A DNA stretch of 64,000 nucleotides from Octopus sinensis (taxonomy: Eukaryota). The notes under the pieces were generated by a model. It had not been told where the DNA came from and searched no databases. It worked only from the letters and a program-made list of their open reading frames with translations. The stretch's first letter is position 1. Each line of letters begins with the position of its first letter. A program made the position numbers and the translations under genes. The DNA lies in NCBI RefSeq assembly GCF_006345805.1, contig NC_042999.1:116684001-116748000 (forward strand), written 5' to 3'. This document shows, piece after piece, positions 53,919 to 64,000 of this stretch.

Positions 53919-54677
53919 TCTTGATTTTTTTTTTTTTTTTACTCATTTCTCTATTTTCTCTCATCCCCAGCTGCCAATGTCCTGTTCCACTGTCACTGCA
54001 ATCATTACATATTAGATAGCCTTTAGTGCTGCTAGTCAACAGCATTTAGTTCTCCACCACCACCACCTCCCAATCCACCAGCCATGCTCTTAGCTGATAC
54101 AATGATGCCATCTTGTCTCTTTTGTTAGCTAGATAGATAGACACACAAATGAATACAGATCAAGCATAGGGCACCTATTGTATTGCTTGTTAGATTAATA
54201 TTAGGCAATCCTTAACCTGCTGCTGATTTCTTTAACTTGTTTGGTGGAACTTTTTTCAAGAAGACAAGGATAGATAACCAAGATATGTATCTGTTTATCT
54301 ATCAGTATTTTCTCTATTTATCTTTTTCTCTATCTGTCTTACTCTCTCTCTATCTTTTTGTCTGTGTCTATCTCTATATTTATCTATCTGTTTGTTTGTC
54401 TGTCTCTCTTTCTCTCTCCCCCATCACTCTCCCTCACCATTTTTTGTTACTCTTATTCCTGTCTGCCCATCTCTCTTCCTCAAATCTCTCCTACAGCCAT
54501 TACTGACCAAGATCAATGATGCTAATTTCACTTTCTTTGTCTCTAACTCCATTCACATCCTGTTCTTTACGTATTCAGCTTATTTCTTTACTTTGTTCAT
54601 GTAATGACTTTTGACTTGGTGTGTGTATGTACGTGTGTGTGCATTTTGATTTTATAAGATATTCTTGTAACTCATAT

Positions 54678-54774
54678 ATCATCATCGTTTAATGTCCATT
54701 TTTCATGCTGGCATAGGTTGGACAGTGTGATAGGATCTTGCCAGCCAGAGGGCTGTCCAGGCACCAATTGTCTG
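54678..54774 (-). mobile_element. Short family-C 3' end, 390 bp upstream of the WW exon
   Basis: Reverse complement reads ...tgtccaacctatgccagcatgaaaatggacattaaacgatgatgat. Confidence 0.75.
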
Positions 54775-55091
54775 TTCTGTGTGTGTATGTGTGTGTGTAT
54801 GCATATATACACTCTCCACTATTGTGATTCCTGGATTTTCAGAACTATGGTGACATTAAACCCTTGCTTTAACCACTGTTTTTCTTGATAGTTGTGCACC
54901 AGGTGGCAAGCTTACAGTGAGCTCTGTTTGAGGCTTCAAATCCCTATTCTTGTGATATATATATATCTCTAAAGTGTGTGTGATTTTAAAAATTATTTTG
55001 TCTTAATTAGATAAGATTTTCCAAAATATTTTTATCCTCTGAATAAATGCCATCGCCTATACATGCAAAACTTCCCTTTCATTTCACCTAA

Positions 55092-55427
<336 letters not shown>

Positions 55428-56569
55428 TAAAAAAAGAAAAACTGTTAGAGATAGGCCTACTTTTCCATTTTTGTTTTTTTAATTTTTTGTGGAGAAATTC
55501 CAAGGGAGATAATTTATTTCAAATTAGGGTTGGTTTTTTTTTTTAACTCAAACTTTTCAGGATAATTTTCTCATAGTATTTGAAAGAATAGTTAAATAGT
55601 TTTGTTAATTCTTTTAATTTTGAACAAAAATCTCCATTATTAGACTTGGAAGATAATTTCTCAAAAGTAGGTTCAATTAAAGAACCACATATATATATAT
55701 ATCTATATATATATATATATATATTGAGAGAGAGAGAGAACAACTGCCTTTTGAAAAAGAAACTTTGAAATTATTATTTAGAAACTCTAAATATAAATTT
55801 CTTTTTCGAAAATGAAGGTATAGCTGTTTAGTTTTTGGTGTGGGGTTGGGAGATAGATATAATTTACTGCATTTGAAATAATTTGGCATAAAAAAATTGC
55901 AACATAGTAGCTACTTGTTATTGTATAAAAATGAAGTAAGTAGATTATGAAAGAGTATCTACACAAGGCAGTCAACCTGCTAGAAATTTCCCTGCTAGAG
56001 ATTTCCCTACCATCTAAAAAAAAGAAGAAAGTATTTATTAGATCAATTGGTTTTTGACATCTGAAAGAATGTGCTGCTTTCAGCTGGAAAACTTTTGCTT
56101 ATGGGTCTGCTTAGACGAGCCTGATCTGAGGCTAAAGATCTTTGAAATGATGCAGATAATAATAAATGACGAACCAAACAAAATCAAAAACTTTTTCAGA
56201 AATATCAATTTTTTACAGAAACAAATCTATTCCATGTGTGCTTGATGTTCTTACCTTTTTCGTAATTAAGCTGTATGCTGTCATTGGCAAAAGCATCCTA
56301 TGAGTGTTTAGACTTGTACTTTTTAAACCTTTTCCCTGTAGTTCCGAATTTTAGCAATCTCTCATCCCAATTTTCTCTCGCACATAAGAAGAAAAATAAA
56401 AGTTTTATATACAATATTATTTATTGCATAAAATTAACCATCAATAAAATTGATTAACGTTAGCATTCTTAAAATAAATATTAAGAAAAATAAATTTAGC
56501 AGAAACAGTCTAAAGAATGATAAAGGATTTTTTGACGTAAAAAACAATTAAAACAATTTCCATGCTAGA

Positions 56570-57130
56570 ATATGGTGTAGTGGTTAAGAGCATGGGCTAC
56601 TAACCCCAAGATTCCGAATTCGATTCCAGGCCGTGACCTGAATAACAATAATAATAATAATAATAATGGCACATGAACACAACATTTGAGTGAGGTCGTT
56701 GTCAGTACTGCTGGACTGACTCCTGTGCAGGTGGCACGTAAAAACACCATTTGAGCATGGCCATTGCCAGTACCGCTAGACTGGCCCTCATGCCGGTGGC
56801 ACGTAAAAGCACCCACTACACTCTCAGAGTGGTTGGCGTTATGAAGGGCATCCAGCTGTAGAAACTCTGCCAGATCAGATTGGAGCCTGATGCAGCCATC
56901 TGGTTCGCCAGTCCTCAGTCAAATTGTCCAACCCATGCTAGCATGGAAAGTGGACGTTAAATGATGATGATGATGAACAACAACATCGAAAAATACCTTA
57001 GGAATGAGAACTCAGGTTTGAAATTTCTCCAAGACACCTGATGAAGGCTGGAGGGTATATCAACTTAAACGTTTTGTTAACAACAAACAAGATGAGAACA
57101 AATATCTGTCAATTGTAAATAATGTAAATT
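56570..57130 (+). mobile_element. tRNA-headed SINE (head 56570-56640, (AAT)n, tail 56976-57130) interrupted by a family-C element (about 56666-56975)
   Basis: A-box TGGTGTAGTGG and B-box-like GAATTCGATTCC. (AAT)n runs into the inserted element, which ends in (GAT)n. The host then resumes aacaacaacatcgaaaaatacc...acacctgatgaaggctggagggtatatc. Confidence 0.75.
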
Positions 57131-57394
57131 CAAAATCTTCTTCTAGAATCATGAAATATCTGCTGGAGGTGAAATTTCATCCAAATCAAGAGATGTAGGT
57201 TTAGTCATATTTCGTGGAAATCTTACCACTTTTCACCTATATCAACTAATAGAAATAAAAGTAACATTGTTCATCTAAGAACACTGGCCTATATCAGTGT
57301 CTGGTCTTGTCTGGTAGCTGTGGGTCTGTAATTGAGTCCCTTAACTAGACTACTGGCATTTTATCAAGTAGGGGGACTTGCCTTATATTTGCTT

Positions 57395-57494
57395 NNNNNN
57401 NNNNNNNNNNNNNNNNNNNNNNNNNNNNNNNNNNNNNNNNNNNNNNNNNNNNNNNNNNNNNNNNNNNNNNNNNNNNNNNNNNNNNNNNNNNNNN
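57395..57494. other. Assembly gap (100 N, true size unknown)
   Basis: Run of exactly 100 N, the usual placeholder for an unsized scaffold gap. Confidence 0.98.
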
Positions 57495-58018
57495 TGAGAC
57501 TTTTTACTGACCTGGTCTATGTAATCTTTTATGTATTTGTTTTTTTTTTTTATATATATAAGTATAAATATGTCATGATCTGATATATATGATACCTGTT
57601 GTCTGCCTTTATGCTTTTATTATAATGAAGAGTGCAAATAGCCAATTTTCATTTAGGTAGCTATCACATTTCTTCATTTAAAACTGGGATTTAGGCGAAA
57701 ATTCAACCTGATCACTGAGCATTGATTGTATTATACCTATTGTCTTAGCTCATTTGACATTGTATTACCCATGATAGATATATATCAACATTTTTATATC
57801 CACTTTTCCATGCTCACATGGGGTGGATGGAATTTTGTTGAGGTAGCTTTTCTATAGTTGTATGCCCTTCCAATCACTAACCCTCACCTGTTTCCAAGTA
57901 ACGTAATATTTTCCCATAACCAGACGTTTTTACAGAAGATTCAGTATAAAGGACACTGCATGCATGATGGTGACATTCATCTACAACTATCACAATGTCA
58001 AAGCAAGGAGACAATAAG

Positions 58019-58049
<31 letters not shown>

Positions 58050-58902
58050 ATAAGCTTCTTTCAGTTTCCATCTGCCAAATCCACTCACAAGACTTTGGGG
58101 CTGGCATGGGACACAGTGGAATTGAACTCAGAACCATGTGATTGGAAAGCAAACTTCTTACCTGCAACTGCATAAAGTTTTTGTGTTTATATATATACTT
58201 TTATTCATATTAATATTTCTTTTTACCATTGGTTATGAAACATGTGGTTACTTACATCCACATAAACATGCATTTCAGCCCAATTACCATTATTTTCCTT
58301 TTACCCCAAATAAATCAGTGTGGCTGGCTGGTTGGTTGGTTGGTAGAGATGCTAGAAAGTTCAGTTTGTTGCTTTATATTAACATTTCTGCCTGCTTTAG
58401 AATATGAGTTTATTACCTTATTTCCCATCCCTCTGAAAATTGATAAAATATATACCACTTATACTGTCATCATCAGGTATCATACATCTGTGGTGCATTG
58501 ATGACACTACCACAAGAGTCTTCTTGATTAAGTAGGAGTTCTCCAGCTGCTTTGCCACTATGCTGGTGTAAAATACCTCTGACTATGACAAACTTTCCCA
58601 TTGAAGATGATGTATGAGTGCTCAGCTTTTGCTGAATGACCTGCACAACTGATTTGTTTATAGTGATGAAATATATGCACTGTACATTAAGCTCACTCCC
58701 TCCATCAAATCAGCATTGCCTGAACAGGTGCATAGTGTACCACAAATCAGGTGTCAAAGTGATTGCAGCGCTCTGCTCAAGAACACAACACACCACATGG
58801 TCTAGGAATTAAAATCATGATCTGGTGCTTGTGAATGCAACACCCCAACCACTAGGCCATGAATCCTCACCACCTCTTGCTATAAATAATATATAGTATA
58901 TA

Positions 58903-58949
<47 letters not shown>

Positions 58950-59148
58950 TATATATAAACCCTTCTCTCACATTGTATATAATACTTTGTTTTGTAAAAC
59001 AGAAAGAAAGCTTCTATATCTTTAAAGCAGACATGTTTTTTTAGTTGTTGAAAGTTTCATCTTTGAAAATAGCAGTAAAATGGAAACAGTTTTTGATAAA
59101 TTGTGAGTAAGATGAACAAAACTGTGATACATTTTCTAATTATTACAG

Positions 59149-59229
59149 GTGGAATGGGGACCAACTATAGTTTAAAATCTTCCGAAGATTTCCTGTCAAA
59201 TGTAGATGAAATGGACACACAAGATGGGG
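59149..59229 (+). CDS. YAP1: YAP1/yorkie internal coding exon, transactivation-domain segment
   Basis: Acceptor ttttctaattattacAG ends at 59148 and donor GTGAGT starts at 59230. The 81-nt exon (phase 1/1) reads xGMGTNYSLKSSEDFLSNVDEMDTQDG, matching human YAP1 [26 protein letters not shown]. It is too short to appear in the ORF track. Confidence 0.92.
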
Positions 59230-59644
59230 GTGAGTACCAATTGTAACAAATTTATTACCTGCTGATTTTGGAACACCTGAAGACTTGTCTAAGTGCATGT
59301 GTGTGTGTGTGTGTGTGCATGTGTGGTATTATTTAGTGTGACATGTATTCAATTCCATCTGTTGGCAAACAGAATCTGTTACACCAGTGTATCTCATAGG
59401 AAGGAATGAACTGTGAGGGGGAAAATTGTGTAAACAAATTGCCATTTTAATAGAATTAAGGCTTTATGTATACATAGATATAGATATATATGTATTTTCC
59501 AAGGAGTGACAAGTTCAAAAAGAAGCTATGTTCTGCCACTTAGAATAAAGTACTCAAAGATAAACCTGAGTGTGAATAAAATATTCAGTCCATAATCATT
59601 AGTCTAACAGAATATATTTTGTTGGACTAACAGTTATGGATTAA

Positions 59645-59965
59645 GTGTGTGTGTGTATGTATGTATATATATATATTATATATATATATGTATATATATG
59701 TATGTATGTATATATATATGTATATATATGTATGTATGTATATATGGTATATCGAATATATATGCAATAGATATGTATTAATATGTATGTATGATATGTA
59801 TATATCTACATATATATATATATACATACATATATATATATACATATATATATATACATACATATATATATATATATATACATACATATATATATATTAT
59901 ACATGTATATATATTATAATACAGAATTATATACATATAAAACATATATAATATATACATATATC

Positions 59966-59996
<31 letters not shown>

Positions 59997-60072
59997 GATA
60001 TATAAATACATATATATAATATACATATATATATATAATATATATGCAGATATATATATACATATAGATAAT

Positions 60073-60111
<39 letters not shown>

Positions 60112-60160
60112 CAAACATATTTTTTTATATAGTTATATATATATATATTACATATATATA

Positions 60161-60205
<45 letters not shown>

Positions 60206-60301
60206 TATATATAATATATATACATAATATATATAAACATATATATATTATATATATAATATATATAAACATATATATATATTTATATATATATATCATA
60301 T

Positions 60302-60351
<50 letters not shown>

Positions 60352-60893
60352 GATATAGCATATATATATATAATATATATATCTATATCTATATATATAT
60401 ATATATATATAAACATATATATATATTTTATATATATATATACAATATATATATATATATATATAATACATATATCTATATAATAGATATATATATTTAT
60501 AATTATATATACATATATATATATATAATATATACATATATATAAATAACATCATATATATATTTAGATATATATATATATTATATATAATACATATGAT
60601 ATATATATATAACAGATATATATATATATATATATATCTATATCATATATATAAACATATATCTATATATATATTAATATATATCTAATATAACATATAT
60701 ATAAACTCTATAATATATATATATAATATATAAACATATATATATATATATATATATATATAGATAATATATATATTAACATATATATTACATATATACA
60801 TATATATATACTAAATATATACATATATATAAACATATATATATATATAATACATATATATATATATATATATATACATAATATATAAAACAT

Positions 60894-60940
<47 letters not shown>

Positions 60941-61184
60941 AACCTATATATATATCTTATATATATATATACATATATATATATTTATATATCTATATCT
61001 ACAATATATATATATTATATATATATATACATATATATATACATATATATATATATATTAATATATATATAATATATATTATTTCTATAATATATATATA
61101 TATTATATATATACATATATATAACATATATATATACCATATATTATATATATATACTATATATATAAAAACATATATATTATA

Positions 61185-61217
<33 letters not shown>

Positions 61218-61370
61218 AACATATTATATACATATATATATATATATACATATATATAGTATATATATACATATATATATATTATATATATATATAATAT
61301 ATATTAATATATACATATATATAAACATATTATATATATTTATATATATATAACATATATACATATCAAA
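59645..61370. repeat. About 1.7 kb of degenerate (TA)n
   Basis: Direct reading; recurrent TAAACA and TACA interruptions. Confidence 0.95.
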
Positions 61371-63453
61371 ATAGATATGACATCAAGGGAATTATGTATT
61401 GTGGTTACCGGTACCAGTGCCGGTGGCACACAAGAATCCATCCGAACGTGGCGTAGTCAGTACCGCTTGTGGTACCAGTGCCGGTGGCACACAAGAATCC
61501 ATCCGAACGTGGCCGTAGTCAGTACCGCATCACTGGCCATCGTGCTGTGGGCACATAACAAACACCATCCGGTCGTGGCCGTTCGCCAGCCTCATCTAGC
61601 ACCTGTGTCGGTGGCACATAAAAAGTAGTCAGTACCGCTTGTAGTACCAGTGCCGGTGGCACACAAGAATCCATCCGAACATGGCCGTAGTCAGTACCGC
61701 ATCACTGGCCATCGTGCTGTGGGCACATAACAAACACCATCCGGTCGTGGCCGTTCGCCAGCCTCATCTAGCACCTGTGTCGGTGGCAATAAAAAAACAT
61801 CCGAAGACCCGGCAAGACTAGTCAGGCCATAACCATGGCCCCTACCTGGGACGTAGTCAGTCCACCTGTGCATACCTTCCTCCTTGTGATACTTGTGAAG
61901 GCCTGTTGAGGCAAGTGAAAATCAAAATCAAATCAAAACAAATCAAAATAGATGAACATCAATGGAATTTGTATCTTTGTGGTACCAGTGCCGGTGGCAC
62001 ACAGAGAAACCATCCGAAAGTGGCCGTAGCCAGTACCGCATCGACTGGCCTCCGTGCTGTGGGCACATCCGAAAGTGGCCGTAGCCAGTACCGCATCGAC
62101 TGGCCTCCGTGCTGTGGGCACATGACAAACACCATCCGATCGTGGCCGTTCGCCAGCCTCATCTAGCACCTGTGTCGGTGGCACATAAAAACACCATCCG
62201 AAGACTAGTCAGGCCATAACCCATGGCCCCTACCTGGGACGTAGTCAGTCCACCTGTGCATACCTTCCTTCTTGTGACACTTGTGAAGACCTGTTGAGGC
62301 AAGTGAAAATCAAAATCAAAACAAATCAAAATAGATGAACATCAATGGAATCTGTATCTTTGTGGTACCAGTGCCGGTGGCACACATGAGAACGAACCAT
62401 CGAAACGTGGCCGTAGCCAGTTCCGCATCGACCGGCCTCCGTGCTGTGGGCACGTAACAAACACCATCCGATCATGGCCGTTTGCCAGCCTCATCTGGCA
62501 CCTGTGTCGGTGGCACATAAAAACACCTTCCGAAGACCCGGAGACTAGTCAGTCCACCTGTGCATACCTTCCTTCTTGTGACACTTGTGAAGACCGGTTG
62601 AGGCAAGTGAAAATCAAATCAATCAAATCAAATCAAATCAAATCAAAATAGACAAAATAGATGAACATCAATGGAATTGTATCTTGTGGTACCAGTGCCT
62701 GTGGCACACAAGAATCCATCAGTGCTGTAGTCAGTGCGGTGGGCACATGACAAACCCACCATCGATCGTGGCCGTTCGCCAGCCTCATCTAGCACCTGTG
62801 TCGGTGGCACATAAAAACACCATCCGAAGACCCGGCAAGACTAGTCAGGCCATAACCCATGGCCCCTACCTGGGACGTAGTCAGTCCACCTGTGCATACC
62901 TTCCTTCTTGTGACACTTGTGAAGACCTGTTGAGGCAAGTGAAAATCAAATCAAAACAAATCAAAATAGATGAACATCAATGGATTTGTATCTTTGTGGT
63001 ACCAGTGCCGGTGGCACGTGGCACACAATAAAACCATCCGAACGTGCCCGTAGCCAGTACCGCATCGACTGGCCTCCGTGCTGTGGGCGTAACAAGCACC
63101 ATCCGATCGTGGCCGTTTGCCAGCCTCATCTGGCACCTGTGTCGGTGGTACATAAAAACACCATCCGAGCGTGGCCGTCTGCCAGCCTCGTCTGGCACCT
63201 GTGTCGGTGGCACATAAAAACACCATCCGAGCGTGGCCGTTTGCCAGCCTCGTCTGGCACCTGTGTCGGTGGCACATAAAATCACCCACTACACTCGCGG
63301 AGTGGTTGGCGTTAGGAAGGGCATCCAGCTGTAGAAAACTGCCAGATCTGACTGGACTGGTGCAGCTTTCGGGCTCCCCAGACCCCAGTTGAACCGTCCA
63401 ACCCATGCTAGCATGGAAAGCGGACGTTAAATGATGATGATGATGATGATGAT
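61371..63453 (+). repeat. Head-to-tail array of five GC/CpG-rich units of a family-C retroelement 3' region, ending in one complete tail and (GAT)n
   Basis: Unit starts (ATAGATGAACATCAATGGA-like) at 61371, 61948, 62331, 62657 and 62966. Internal subrepeats of about 60 bp, CCATCCGA.CGTGGCCGT..GCCAG...CTGGC...GGTGGCAC. Confidence 0.9.
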
Positions 63454-63595
63454 ATACATATATATATATTTATATATATATATACATATTATAAACATAT
63501 ATATATATTTATATATAATATACATATAATATTATTTATATATATATAACATATATATAAACATATATATATATATATATATACATAATATAAAC

Positions 63596-63626
<31 letters not shown>

Positions 63627-63697
63627 TATAAACACATATATATATATATATATATATACATATATAAAAACACATATATATATACATATATATAAAC

Positions 63698-63729
<32 letters not shown>

Positions 63730-63967
63730 TATAAAAACATATATATATATATATATACATATATATAAACAATATATATATTATATATATATATACATAT
63801 ATATAAACATATATATATATTATATATAATATAACATATATATAAACATATATATATATATATATAACATATATAAACATATATATATATATTAATATAT
63901 ATATACATATATATAAACATATATATATTAATATATATATATACATATATATAAACATATATATATA

Positions 63968-64000
<33 letters not shown>
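63454..64000. repeat. Degenerate (TA)n running off the window end
   Basis: Direct reading. Confidence 0.95.

Noticed and set aside
56074-56245. ORF after a ctttcAG acceptor as the missing YAP coiled-coil exon
   Set aside because: The translation (LENFCLWVCLDEPDLRLKIFEM...) has no YAP similarity and no clear donor.
56570-56640. Possible tRNA gene
   Set aside because: A and B boxes are present, but there is no good acceptor stem, the anticodon arm is imperfect, and the sequence runs into a SINE body.
61371-63300. CRISPR-like repeat/spacer appearance and ORFs of 60-151 aa
   Set aside because: The apparent spacers are homologous to one another, there are no cas genes, and the context is a eukaryotic intron. 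ORFs open in several frames because the repeat is GC-rich.
59627-64000. Many Y/I/M/C-rich ORFs (also 50271-50606, 25586-25810, 40125-40454, 11245-11485)
   Set aside because: They are translations of (TA)n, (TATG)n, (AAT)n, (TAC)n and (CT)n microsatellites.

Overview
AT-rich eukaryotic DNA, almost certainly from an Octopus species, judged from the repeat families (recognised from memory) and the gene content. About 99.5% of the window is intronic. Two + strand coding exons of a YAP1/yorkie ortholog are well supported. The first, 55163-55386, encodes the C-half of WW1, a linker and all of WW2. The second, 59149-59229, encodes GMGTNYSLKSSEDFLSNVDEMDTQDG from the transactivation domain. The exons for the TEAD-binding domain and the N-half of WW1 were not found, so they probably lie upstream across an intron of at least 55 kb. 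The coiled-coil/HxRxxS-degron exon(s) are also absent, probably lost in a 100-N gap at 57395-57494. The C-terminal exon lies downstream of the window. The rest is tRNA-derived SINEs, RTE LINE fragments, an R4/Dong-like RLE LINE fragment, a near-full-length dead mariner, MITEs and many microsatellites. Nearly all ORFs in the supplied track are microsatellite or chance ORFs. I see no firmly demonstrated new biological system. The best leads are: (1) a CpG-rich, promoter-like island inside the YAP intron, plus two candidate cassette exons that join in frame to the WW exon and would give a YAP without a TEAD-binding domain; (2) a young 2-kb head-to-tail concatemer of a retroelement 3' region with alternating sequence variants; (3) a nested SINE with a decayed hammerhead/Penelope-like tail; (4) inverted repeats flanking the WW exon. 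All four are hypotheses.
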